Assembly: GCF_963921235.1 (NCBI RefSeq) | Contig: NC_086097.1 | Location: forward strand, 153,080,001-153,144,000 | Direction: 5' to 3' | Length of the DNA stretch: 64,000 nt | Origin: Mobula hypostoma | Lineage: Eukaryota | Shown here: positions 23,124 to 35,240 of the stretch, one piece after another | Numbering within the stretch: the first letter of the stretch is position 1 | How the letters are laid out: each line of letters begins with the position of its first letter | Made by a program: the position numbers and the translations under genes | Notes under the pieces: generated by a model | What the model saw: the letters and a program-made list of their open reading frames with translations, nothing else | Databases searched by the model: none | What the model was told of the DNA's origin: nothing

Positions 23124-24594
23124 AGTGTCAGTTTAAAAGAATGCAAAGTCATTCAGACAAAAGCCAAATTGCTGCTTAAGTTAGAAGTACAAATGTCAAA
23201 TAAATTGGTGCAGATTCTAAACAATTCATTTACCTGGATACTTTGATCAGACAGTTTGAAACAGTTAGAAATCTCACTGAAGGATGGAATGAGAAGATAT
23301 GGGAAATAGAACGATATTATATATGTACAAAAAGTATGAAAGATAAAACATTAATTCTTCCTTCCATGGATACTGTCTGTTTCCAAACAGTTTCTGTACT
23401 TTACTATTTTGATACATTATTCAGCAGAATGTTACCCTGGATCTAAGGACAAATTCTTTCTCATATATGAGGAGAAATTTAGAAAGAGAAAGATTGTGAG
23501 GTAGAATTTCTAAGAGATAGAAACACAGAAGAACATCTCACTGACAACTGGGTAGATTTAACAGTTGCATTTCATGTTAATTGTAGGGCCATTAGTCCTC
23601 AAGGTTTGTTGATTTGAAGTGACTGGGAAGCAAAAGTCTTTAAAACCTGATTCACGATCCATACCTGCTTCCATAGAGTGAATTCCTATCTTAATGGGGG
23701 ATGGTGGAATACCAGGATAGAAGAACATCCAACCAATTTATTCTGAGGGGATAATTTGATTCATCACAATGTTTAGGGAGGTTGCATTCAGTCATTCCAT
23801 GATGAGTTCTAACTCCTACTTTGAGGACTTAATTGCCCAGGGCCTGGAAATAATAGCAGTGCCCATGTGTCAGAACTAGTCCCCAGCTTCTCTGTTCTAC
23901 CCTGATCCTTGCCCAATCTCCACAATTCTAAATCATTGGCACCTCTTAATGTCTCCCTATGACCACCAACACCTACTCACACCCAGCTAACCACCTTAGA
24001 AATGTTAATCTATCAGATAGAAATTTTGTGGAACTAACAATGACAAATCTTGCAGTTAATTGCTGCCAATTGTGTTTCAAACCAATGATTTCATGTTATG
24101 AGACCCCTTCCTCAGCTCTGTTTATGCTGTTCTCTTCTTGGTCCAGCATATATAATGGGAGCAATGTGTTTAGTAGAATATAAACAAGATCCAATTACAT
24201 TTGCTGGTTTAGTAAGGGAGACTTACCTCATTACCTCCAGGTAAATTATTTAGTAATTTCATTTTCTACTCATGATGTTTTATTTATCACGTAATTATAA
24301 TTCACCAGAACAAATGTTTGTTTGCACTGAATATTTTATTGAAGCTAAAAATACTGTGGATGAAAACATCCAAGATGGTAAAGTTCCAAAACTTTAAAGT
24401 GACAGAACACTGGGTGGTGCCCTGGCTTACTTCACTGTTCTGAGACCATGGTTTGATATGGTTCAACTTTGATCTTGTATGGGGAGAGTGCCTCATATTA
24501 TATTTATCAGAGGCTACTTTATACACTAGGCTACATGAATATAAAAATGCAACTTTAATTACACTGGTAACTTCAACAATATTGCTTGTGAGCC

Positions 24595-26395
24595 ACACAC
24601 ACAAAATGCTGGAGGAGTTCAGCAGGTCAGGCAGCATCTTGGAAAAGAGTACAGTAGACTCTATGGGCCAACCCTCGGGCAGGACTGGAGAAAAAAAGCT
24701 GAAGAGTAGATTTTAAAGGTGGGTGGTGGGGAGAGCGAAACACAAGGTGAGAGGTGAAACCTGAAAGGGGAGGGATGAAGTAAAGACCTGGGAAGTTGGT
24801 TAGTGTAAGAGACAAAAGGCCATGGAAAAAAGAAAAGGGGGGAGGAGCGCCAGAGGGAGATGATGGGCGGACAAGGAGATAAGGTGAGAGAGGGAAAAGG
24901 GAATGGGAAATGGTGAAGGAGAGGTGGGTGGAGAGCATTACCAGAAGTTTGAGAAATTGATGTTCAGATTGGAGGCCACCTAAATAGAAAAAAGGGGTTG
25001 TTCCTCCAACCTAAATGTGGTCTCATCACGACAGTGGAGGAGGCGATGGATAGACATATTGGAATAGGAATGGGAAGTGGAATTAAAATGGGTGGCCACT
25101 GGGAGATCCTGCTTTTTCTGGTGGATGGAGCGTAGGTGCTTGGTGATTCACCATCTATATCGGGCCTTGCCGATAGAAGATATAGAAGATGGTGGCGCGA
25201 CGCAGCTTGCAGCAGCCACTCCGGTGGTGATATCTGTTATCTGTCAAGTAGGGTGTCGTGCACAATCCTGATTTGATGGAGACAGACGTGAGAGCACAGG
25301 GGAACATCTGGTGAAACTTCTGAAATGCCTGCTTCGCTGCTGCTGCTACTGTGTGATCCAGAATCTCCGGAGGGGAAGGCCCTGAGTCCTCAGCGGCTGG
25401 CGTGGGGTCGAAGCGCTCGGCAGAGGATGGTGCTCGGTGCTCGTTATCTGAGGGCTGGTCAGAGGCTCGAAGTTTTCGGACGGACTCAGAGTCGGCTGCG
25501 GTCGGGTGCTTCCAATGCATCGGCAAGTTTGCAGCGCTTGGAGGTTCATGGCAGGGAGAGTTTCTCCCTTCTACCGTCTGCGTGAGATGATGGGGCTATC
25601 TGGACTTGAGACTTTTTTTTACCGTGCTCATGGTCTGCTCTTTATCAAATTACGGTATTGCTTTGCACTGTTGTGACTATATGTTATAATTATGTGGTTT
25701 TGTCAGTTTTAGTCCTGGTTTGTCCTGTGTTTCTGTGATATCTTTTTGAAGGAACATTGTATCATTTTTTAATGCATGCATTTCTAAATGACAATAAATG
25801 AGGACTGAGTGCCCTCATAATCTAATCTAATCTAATCTGATATACAAGAGGCCACACCAGGAGCACCAGACACAGTATATCACTCCAAAAGATTCACAGG
25901 TGAAGTGTTACTTCACCTGGAAGGACTATTTAGGGCTCTGAATGATAGTGAGGGAGGAGGTGTAGGGATATGTGTAGCACCTGTTCTGCTTGCAAGGATA
26001 AGTGCCGGGAGGGAGATCAGTGGGGAGGAACGAATGGATAAAGGAGTCGCATAAGGAGCCATCCCTGTGGAAGACAGAAAAAGAGAGAAGGGAAAAATGT
26101 GCTTTGTGGTGGGATCCCATTGGAGATGGCAGAAGTCAAGGCGAACTATGTACTTAACACAGAGGCTGGTGGGATGGTAGGTGAGCACAAGAGGAACCCT
26201 ATCCTTGGGAGGGTGGTGGGAGGATGGGGTGAGGGCAGACATGCGTGAAATGGAAGAGAAGGGGTTGAGGGCAGCAATGATGGTGGAGGAAGGGAATCCA
26301 CTTTCTTTGAAAAAGGAGGCTATCTCCTTCATTCTAGAATGAAAACCCTCATCCTGAAAGCAGATGCGGCGGAGATGGAGGAATTGAGAGAAAGG
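24595..26395 (-). mobile_element. Penelope-like retroelement 3' portion (RT C-terminus, linker, GIY-YIG endonuclease, terminal repeat)
   Basis: PFSQFLHLRRIC..DRVPLVLTYHP; TYPCKQNRCYTYPY; HFTCESFGVIYCVWCSWCGLLYI (GIY-YIG); ends in the ctccagcattttgtgtgtg repeat. Confidence 0.9.
25176..25838 (+). mobile_element. Apparently full-length non-autonomous retroposon inserted in the Penelope GIY-YIG
   Basis: Starts ..AAGATGGTGGCG, no credible ORF, AATAAA then (atcta)n tail; gata flanks at 25172-25175 and 25839-25842. Confidence 0.75.
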
Positions 26396-26756
26396 TCTCA
26401 ATGATAGACAAGGGGCCACAATGGGAGTCATAATAGCCTGGGACCAAACACTGCATTTCTGAGATATAGTGACATGCAAACCTTCCAGCATTAAATAATG
26501 CCAGTTTTCAGATAATTAGTGTCCTCCGTTATAGTGCTACAAGTGATCATCTTGTCTTTGTGAGCTGAGTCCTTTATCTGCTTTATATGCCTCATTCTCT
26601 GGTAACCAGATAGTTTTGTGCAATCAATAGTATTGCCACAGTAAAAGTGTAATTTACTTGTTGTTAACCTTCTAGGTAGCACACGTAGTAATCTACACAT
26701 TGCATTAGAAGACAAGTTACAAATATGCATAAAACATATGGAAAAATAAATAAAAG

Positions 26757-26886
26757 CAACACACACAAAATGCTGGAGGAACTCAGCAAACCAGGCAGCA
26801 TTTATGGAAAACAGTAAGCAGTCAATATTTTGGGCCAGGACTCTTCATCAGGACTGATGAAGGATCTCAGCACGAAATGTCGACTG
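26757..26886. mobile_element. Penelope terminal-repeat fragment with back-to-back hammerhead motifs
   Basis: acacacaaaatgctggaggaactcagc..cagtcaatattttgggccaggactcttcatcagga|ctgatgaaggatctcagcacgaaatgtcgactg. Confidence 0.75.
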
Positions 26887-26984
26887 CAAGATATGCCTTA
26901 CACTTAACAACAGCGACACAACGGTACAGTACTAACCTGCCCCTACCATCCATTGCCATTTCTCCACAATAAAGATACACGTTA

Positions 26985-27230
26985 GACATAAGAGATAAGA
27001 CATAGGAGTAGAGTTAAGCTATTCAGCCCATTGTGCCTGTTCCTCCATTTCATCATGGCTGATTCATTTCTCTTTCAACCCCATTCTCCTGCCTTCTCCC
27101 CATAACCATTCACACCCTGACTGTTCAAGAACCTGTCAACTTCTAGCTTAAGAACGCCCAAATGACTTGGCTTCCATAGCCACCTGTGGCAACGAATTTC
27201 ACAGGTTCACCTCCCTCTGGCCAAAAGACT
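26985..27230 (-). mobile_element. CR1 3'-end fragment
   Basis: agacataagagataagacataggag tail; ctgtggcaacgaatttcacaggttcac. Confidence 0.75.
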
Positions 27231-27544
27231 CACTGGAAAGTGAAGGAGGAGATATTTAAAGATCAAGGCCTCAGATGTCGAACAAAACTTCTTGTCTCAT
27301 GGGTAGCAGTGATCCATGCCACTTTCAGCTTTTGTGGCCTGGATGACTGATGCAGGAAGCTCAAGGGACTGAAAAGATAACAACAACTCCAACTCCACAA
27401 AATCCCCCAAATCTATTGTAAGGAGAAGCAAAACAATAGCAGTGTGTTTTCCCAACAAGGCCAGCAGAAGTAGCCTATTTGCTTCTAGGTTAGCTCTCTT
27501 AGACATATCATTCACATGTCCAATACTAGACTCCTGAAGCAGAC

Positions 27545-27675
27545 TCTCTAGTTTGGGATGAGGCCTTTTCTTCAGGACTGGAAAAGGTCTCAACTCAAAA
27601 CATTGACTGGTTACTCTTTTCCAATGATACTGCCTGGCCTGCGTAGTTCCTCCAACACTTCGTGTATGCTGCTTA
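27545..27675. mobile_element. Degraded Penelope terminal-repeat fragment
   Basis: ttcaggactg..aaaacattgactg..tgcctggcctgcgtagttcctccaacac. Confidence 0.6.
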
Positions 27676-28504
27676 GGAAACCACCTTACCTGACGAAGGG
27701 TTAAAGTGCTACTTCAGCAAAAGGTCAGTAGTAAATAGATACCTTTCAGGCTGGGCTGAAATGTCAGAATGATGCCATCATGATAATGCAAAGAAGTACA
27801 AGATAACTTCATATCTTTTCCATTCTAATGAAAGCATTAAACAATTTGTTAATACTTCCTTCAAAATAATAGATAAAGCACTCTCATATTAGTTTCTGAA
27901 TTATTCTGAATTAAAATAAAGCTGTATCTTATAAAAATGCTACCACAATCTCATCCCTCTATAAAATTATATTGTCAGGAAATATTGCACAGTGTAATTT
28001 CAAAGGCCATGATGGAAGTGATGATATTTTAAAATGCCACCTTCATTTTTGATAGCCTCAGTATCACCGAATCAAATTCTATCTGAGCGACTATTTGCTC
28101 CTGTGGAATGATGTACCTCATGTCATGGATGGGCGAATACCTCTTGGTCCTTGAGCTTATCTTAATGTGACAAGTATAAATTCCTATCCATCGTTCTCTG
28201 TGGAATTACTGTCTCACCTCAGGTGTTACTGAGGCTACAATTACTTTGTAGCATTGTCTAGGATGATTAGTCAAAAGCAATTATCATCATCACTGATTAC
28301 ATTTTCTATCTTTAAGAATGAAGTTGACGCAGCTGCCAAAGAAATCTACTCTTATCTTGTGATAAGCTGAGTTCAAAGCTTATTTATTAAAGCCAAAAGG
28401 AAGTTTCTTAAAAGTGAAGTGCATGAATTCAAACTAACATGTTACAAAGAATGATATGTGTTTCTTTGTACTTTGTTTCTTATTATTTGAGACAAACAAA
28501 CCAA

Positions 28505-28900
28505 TAAATCAGAATTAGAATTCAGAATCAGATTTATTATCACTGATATATAACACAAAATTTGTTATTTTGTGACAGCATTACAGTGCAAAGACATAAA
28601 AATCTAAACAGTACAAGAAATAAATAAACAGTGAAAATAAAGGGAATAATGATGTACTGTTCATGAGTTCATGGGCTGTTAAGAAACCTGATGGCTTACG
28701 GGTAGAAGCTGTTCTTAAATTCTTGAGTATGGGTCTTCAGGCACTTGTACCTACGCCCTGCTGATAGTAAAGAGAAGATGGTGTCTGTACTAAAGCATCT
28801 ATAGTAAAGAGAAGATGTCTTGGATGGCGAAGGTCTTAATGATGGTTGTCACCCCTTCATGAGGCACTTCCTCTTGAAGATATCCTCAATGGTCGGGACC
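28505..28900 (-). mobile_element. Rex1/Babar 3' fragment
   Basis: (cagaat)n tail and 3' UTR similar to 18375-18700. Confidence 0.7.
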
Positions 28901-29529
28901 GGAACTAACTTTATTAGGGGTTTAAGTTGATTTGGTAGGTCACCAGGACTATACTTCTATAGATGTATGGAGGAGAGCATTCTGACTGGCTGTATCATAG
29001 TCTATCATGGAACCTCCAAAGCAGTGGATCACAAAAGCTGCAGAGAGTTATAGTTCCAACAAGATACTCATCAATCTCATTTCTTTCTGTGACATTAGTT
29101 CCAGTATGGATTCTACAGACTCTATAAATTAACAGGATGAGTAATTTGGAAGGTGGGAAGGCAAAATCTATAGGTCATGGCATAGAATATAAAAGCAGGA
29201 TGTTATGATAGAGCTGTAGAAAACATTAATTAGACAACTGCTAGAGTAATAAATATACACCAAAAATGCTTCTGGATGAACGAAATAAAGGGTTTGTAGT
29301 TACCAAAGTTAGACACCTTCTTTCTTGAATGTGTTGATGATTATGGCATCTCTAAGATCTTGTGCTATATTAACCGCTTTCCAAATGTAGATGAAATAGA
29401 GCAGTGACAAGGATGACCTAAATAATTTGCTTGGAATGGAATCAAGGGAATCATTTACCATTGCTCTTGCTTTTCAGAGCATAGGAACCTGAGTATTTGG
29501 ACTGTGTGTGTTTTTTACAGCACAGAGGA

Positions 29530-31092
29530 AATGTGAGTGGCAACGGTGGTAGCCCAGCTGACTATGGTCATCAGAGACTGTGCAGCAATGAGAGGGAAGA
29601 CGTGGCTGTGCCTCACAGTAGGACAACACATTGGAGCACAAAGTATGGCTTGGATTCTTGTGTCATTTTGACTGGACCTGCTGTCCTGTTGGGGTGCCTA
29701 CATGGACATGCCGGGGACAACCTTGTGCAGAAGCCATGGCTCTCTGGCAAGGTAGCTCCAGGAAAAGGACAATGCAGGTGCACCAGCTACCACCACTGGT
29801 CTCACAGCGGCCGGGGGCAGTGCGGCACACCCTGCGGCGGCCCAGTGCAACACAGCGTAACCAGGGGCAACCAGTGGTGGCAATGCTTCAGGTGACAGCC
29901 AGCAGCCTGGTAGACCTCCCCACCATTGACCACAAGAAGGTGCACAGCGAGCAGGAAAGTGACCCTGTTCTTGCCTGGGAGAGAGGATGGCTGAGCATGG
30001 GATAACGGTTGGAGTGGGCAGAGGTCTCTACACTGCACCAAGAGACCAAAGCCCTATACTCTCAGTGAGGCATGCTGGAGGTGCACGATGGGTCGCTGTT
30101 CCAGTGGTGGCAGTTTTCTGATGGCGACAGACACCTCCTACAGCTGGTGGTCCGCCCCAATGGCTCCACACAACGGTGTTGTGGTCAGTGCAAGGGCTAG
30201 TGGGGGCCGGTCATTTTGGGGCAGCAAAAGCATTAGGCAAGCTGCACGAACACTTCTATTGGCCTGAGAGTAGGCAGGACGTGGAACTGTTCGTGCACTG
30301 CTGTGAAGCTTGCATGTCGCAGAAGAGTCTGGGCCATCAGTCGAGGCTGCCAGTGCAGCAGTCTCTAATGGAGGGCCCACTAGAGGTCCACTGCCCCAAC
30401 TGTGAGAAGGGGCTATCACCCAAGCTTGGAAGGGGCCAGGAGAGGAGCTCTCCGATGTAGTATACAGAGTGCGGCTGCCTGAGCGGCAGGAGGCAGTCAT
30501 GTTGCACTGGGACTGGCTGGCACTTGGCCACCGCAGACCCAGAGAGGCTGAAGGAAAGAAGTGACATTCTGGATGTCCTGCCTCTTGTCTCAGCAAACTG
30601 TACCTCTCTGCGGGTGCGAGGGCTATAGACACATCGCCCCCCCCCCACCCCCACCCCGTGACCTAGGTGGTGGTGTTGACTACCTCCGTGACTTTTGGAC
30701 TTCATTGTGGACTCTGCAGTTGTCGGGGATGGCTGACCCCTCGGGTGGGGGCTGTGTGGTGATCTGAGGACGTGGTTGACAGCTTGCTCTGAATTCCTCG
30801 CAGCCACTGCTATTTATTTTTCTTGTTTTAAAATGCATTCATGGAACTATGAAGAGATATTCAAGCTCCTTTATTGTTACATTTTAACTTGGGTTATGTG
30901 GTCATTTACTTATGTGTTTGTGACCATCACTATAACTGGAATGTGTAATAATCACATCTGCTGTCTGTATGTGACTGAGTTAATTCTCACCAAGCTATTG
31001 TGTTCTGTCTGCTATTGTGCTTATCATAATAAAACGGGCAGTTGAGATAAATGACCTCTTCTCATCGGTCATCATGGACTGAATGCTCAACA
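29530..31092 (+). mobile_element. Gypsy LTR retrotransposon remnant (deleted pol, PPT, 3' LTR)
   Basis: EQESDPVL..LLQLVVRP..GAGHFGAAKALGKLHEHFYWP..VELFVHCCEAC (integrase zinc-binding region); G-rich PPT at ~30743-30751; GC-rich relative to flanks. Confidence 0.8.
30755..31092 (+). repeat. Putative 3' LTR
   Basis: Begins TGTGG right after the PPT, contains AATAAA near 31028, ends CAACA. Confidence 0.55.
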
Positions 31093-31197
31093 CGATATAT
31101 TTTTAGTCATAAGAGGAGAAGAATGGACAGAAGGTCAAACCCAAGTGAAACCAATCAAGAATACAATCAGAGAATACTGACACATGAGAGTCCTAAT

Positions 31198-33060
31198 CCA
31201 TGAGAAGGCCTTGGCGAGCAGGATGAAAGAAAACCCCAAGGCATTCTACAAATATGTGAAGAGCAAAAGGATAAGCCATGAGAAAATAGGACCTATCAAG
31301 TGCAACAGTGGAGAAGTGTGTATGGAACCGGTGGAGATAGCAAAGGTACTTAATGAATGTTCTGCTTCAGTATTCACGATGGAAAAGTATCATGGTGATT
31401 GTAAGGATGAATTACAGCAGATTCAAAAGCTTGAGCATATAGACATTAAGAAAAAGGATGTGCTGGAGCTTTTGGAAAGCATCAAGTTGGATAAGTCGCC
31501 AGGACCGGACAAGATGTACTCCAGGCTACTGTGGGAGGCGATGGAGGAGATTGCTGAACCTTTGGCAATGATCTTTGCATCATCAATGGGGAACAGGAGA
31601 GGTTCTGGAGGATTGAAGGGTTGCAGATGTTGTTCCCTCATTCAAGAAAGGGAGTAGAGATAGCACAGGAAATTATAGACCAGTGAGTCTTACTTCAGTG
31701 GTAGGTAAGTTGATGGAGAAGATCTTGAGAGGCAGAATTTATGAACGTTTGGAGAGACATAATATGATTAGGAATAGTCAGCATGGCTTTGTCAAAAGCA
31801 GGTCGTGCCTTACGAGTCTGATTGAATTTTTTGAGGATGTGACTAAACACGTTGATGAAGATAGAGCAGTAGATATAGTGTATATGGATTTCAGCAAGGC
31901 ATTTGATAAGGTACCCCATGCAAGACTTATTGAGAAAGTAAGGAGACATGGGATCCAAGGGGACATTGCTTTGTGGATCCAGAACTGACTTGTCCACAGA
32001 AGGCAAAGAGTGGTTGTAGACAGGTCATATTCTGCATGGAAGTCGGTGACCAGTGATGTGCCTCAGGGAACTGTTCTAGGAGCCCTTCTCTTCATGATTT
32101 TTATAAATGACCTGGATGAGGAAGTGGATGGATGGGTTAGTAAATTTGCTGATGACACAAAGGTTGGGCGTGTTGTTGATAGTGTGGAGGGCTGTCAGAA
32201 GTTACAGCGGGATATCAATAGGATGCAAAATTGGGTTGAGAAGTGGCAGATGGAGTTCAACCCAGATAAGTGTGAGATGGTTCACTTTGGTAGGTCAAAT
32301 ATGATGGCAGAATATATTATTAATGGTAAGCCTCTTGGCAGTGTGGAGGATCAGAGGAATCTTGGGATTCAGGTCCATAGGACACTCAAAGCTGCTGTGC
32401 AGGTTGACTCTGTAGTTAAGAAGGCATACAATGTATTGGCCTTCATCAACCATGGGACTGAGTACAAGAGCCGAGAGGTAATGTTACAGCTATATAGGAT
32501 ACTGGTCAGACCCCACTTGGAATACTGTGCACAATTCTGGTCACCTCACTACAGGGAGGATGTGGAAACTATAGAAAGGGTGCAGAGGAGATTTACAAAG
32601 ACGTTGCCCGGACTGGGGAGCATGCTTTATGAGAATAGGTTGAGTGAATTTGCCTTTTACTTCTTGGAGTGACGGAGGATGAGAGGTGACCTGATTAGAG
32701 GTGTATAAGATGATGAGAGGCATTGATTGTGTGGATAGTCAGAGGCTTTTTCCCAGGGCTGAAATGGCTATCATGAGAGGGCACAGTTTTAAAGTGCTTA
32801 GAAGTAGGTACAGAGGAGATGTCAGGGGCAAGTTTTTTACAGAGATGGTGGTGAGTATGTGGAATGGGCTACCGGCAACGGTGGTGGAGGCGGATACGAT
32901 AGGGTCTTTTAAGAGAATCCTGGATAGGTACATGAAGCTTAGGAAAATAAAGGGCTATGGCTAACCCTGGGTAACTTCTAAAGTAAATATACGTTCGGCA
33001 CAGCATTGATGGCCGAAGGGCCTGTATTGCGCTGTAGGTTTTCCATATTTCTATGTCTCT
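31198..33060 (+). mobile_element. CR1 LINE fragment (RT to tail), frameshifted
   Basis: ENPKAFYKYVK, LTSVVGKLMEKIL, MDFSKAFDKVPH, KFADDTK, RPHLEYCAQFWSP; tttctatg tail. Confidence 0.93.
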
Positions 33061-33439
33061 GTGGGACATCACTATGTGGAAATGGATTCTGAAGTTTGCT
33101 CTGATAAAAAGTTTGAAATATTCTTCAAAAGGAGTTGTGTGCTAGAGATGTGGGCAGCATGTTCCTTCTGGAAGATCAGCTTTCCCTACCTGTAAATACT
33201 TCAGAAAAGCCTACATTTCAAAAAATATCAAGGAAAAACAGTGTAATAACACAGAAACTTGATATAGCAGTAGGTTATGTCACTACATAGCCAGGAACCA
33301 ATATTCTACTTGGTATGACTGAATTGTGATCTAAATTTGTTATTCACCTTTTATCCATATCCTTTAAAAATTTTAGTGAATATAAACGAATCTTTGTAGT
33401 TTTTAGATCATTGGTAAACTTATCACAAGTTATTCATTT

Positions 33440-33900
33440 GGATTGTCTGCAATTGGAATAATGTATTCATTTCTGGTCAGCTCATTACAGGAAGGATGTA
33501 GAGGCTGTGGAAAGACCATAGACGAGGTTCACCAGGATGCTAGCTGTATTAGAAGGTATAAACTTGAAAGGGAAGTTGGACAAACTTCAATTGTTTTCTG
33601 TGGAGCATTGGAGGCTGAAGAGACATCTGATAGAATTTTTTTAAGATTATGAGAGGCATAGATAGGGTAGACAGTCAGAATCTTTTCTCCAGCGTAGCAA
33701 TACCAGAGGACATGCTTCAAAAGTGATGTTGGGGGGGGAAGTTAAAAGGAGATATGTTGTACAAGTTTTCTGAACAGAATGGTAACTGCTCGGAACAGCT
33801 GTCCGGGGAGAGGGGTGTTGGTAGGGAAGTGGTGGATGCAGATACAATAGCAAAGTTTAAGAGGCTGCTGGAGAGACACGTGGATATGTAGGGACGAGAG
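33440..33900 (+). mobile_element. Degraded CR1 3' fragment
   Basis: ttctggtc..aggaaggatgtagagg..aagattatgagaggcatagatagggtagacagtcag. Confidence 0.7.
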
Positions 33901-34244
33901 GAATATGGATCGCGCAGAGGTAGAGAAAATTAATTAAATTTTGAAAAATCTGTTCCTGTGTTGTACAAACCCAAGCTGTTCATTCCAAAGCCCATTCAAG
34001 TTTTTGGCAGAACTATGGTGTTTCGGTCACTGACGTTCCTTTCCTTTGAGATTTCCATTGCTGCTGCCACAGGAACTGTCACTTTTATTTATCTCCAAGT
34101 GTGCTGAGAGCTTGGAAAATGCTAAGTTTATTTATTTATTTATTGAGATGCAGTGTGAACTTGGCCCTTTCAGTCCTTCTAGCCTCGTCACCCTGCAAAC
34201 CCGATTTAAGCCCAGCCTAATCACAGGACCATTTACAATGCTTC

Positions 34245-34965
34245 CATAGTTCCATCTGTTATCAGAGAATGCGTACAATATGCAACCTGAAATAGTTAGT
34301 ATTCAGAGATATCCGTGAAAAACAGAAGAACCTCAAAAGAATGAACGATAGAAAAATGTTAGAACCCAAAATACCCCCCTCATTCCTCCCCTGTGCAAGC
34401 AGGAGCAAGTTTCAACCTCCCCCTCCCCCGCCCACACTCACCCATTTCAGCAAAAAGCCTTAGTACCCACAAGCCAACAAGCAACATGAAAGCCCCCAAA
34501 GAGAGATCATGATTTGCAGTCAACAAAGAAAAGCTATTGGTTACCCAATAGTTTGACATGCCACAGGCTCTCTCTTTCTCTCTCTCACTAACAAGAGACA
34601 GAGAGATGTCACCTATTCACAGCAAAAGGGAAGACCAACAACAGTTACTGTTGCAATGTTACAGTCTGCCGTGTTGCTTTTTATTTCAAGATTCTCCGAC
34701 TCGAGAATCGGCAGCAAACTCTCCCCATTATCAAGAGAAAGAGAGAGAGAAAATGGTCGCTTAACTCCAGAGACCTCCTTCATCTGCTGCCACAAAATCC
34801 TTCTCCCGCATGCCTCGGTCAGTGGCACCAGCCTGGAATTGATCGTACACAGGGCCACACCCTACTGCTCGGTGTCCCCCATGCCACGTCTGGAGAATGT
34901 CAGAAAATGGTCAGTCAGTCAGTGAGCTCCACGAACTGGAATTCATCGCTGTGGAAACACCACAG
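34245..34965 (-). mobile_element. Probable non-autonomous non-coding retroposon
   Basis: 3' end resembles the 47135 and 52961 elements (ttatcag..tatgcaacctga..cagagatatccgtgaaa); no credible ORF. Confidence 0.45.
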
Positions 34966-34967
34966 TT

Positions 34968-35240
34968 GCTTAGATGTAGGTACAGAGGAGATGTCAGGGG
35001 TAAGTTTTTTTTACACAGAGAGAAGTGTGTGGGTGGAATGGGTCTTTGGCGATGGTGGTGGAGGCGGACCATGATAGGGTCTTTTCAGAGACTCCTGGAT
35101 AGGTACACGGAGCTTAGAAAAATAGAAGGAAATGGGTAACCCTAGGTAATTTCTAAAGTAAGTATATGTTCGTCACAGCATCTTAGGCTGAAAGGCCTAT
35201 ATTGTGCTGTAGGTTTTCTATGTTTCTATATTTCTATCAC
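34968..35240 (+). mobile_element. CR1 3'-end fragment
   Basis: RYRGDVRGKFF..DRYTELRKIEG; matches 32810-33060. Confidence 0.85.

Noticed and set aside
25155..25590. Cluster of overlapping ORFs in GC-rich sequence
   Set aside because: Inside a non-coding retroposon; ORFs reflect GC content and show no motifs.
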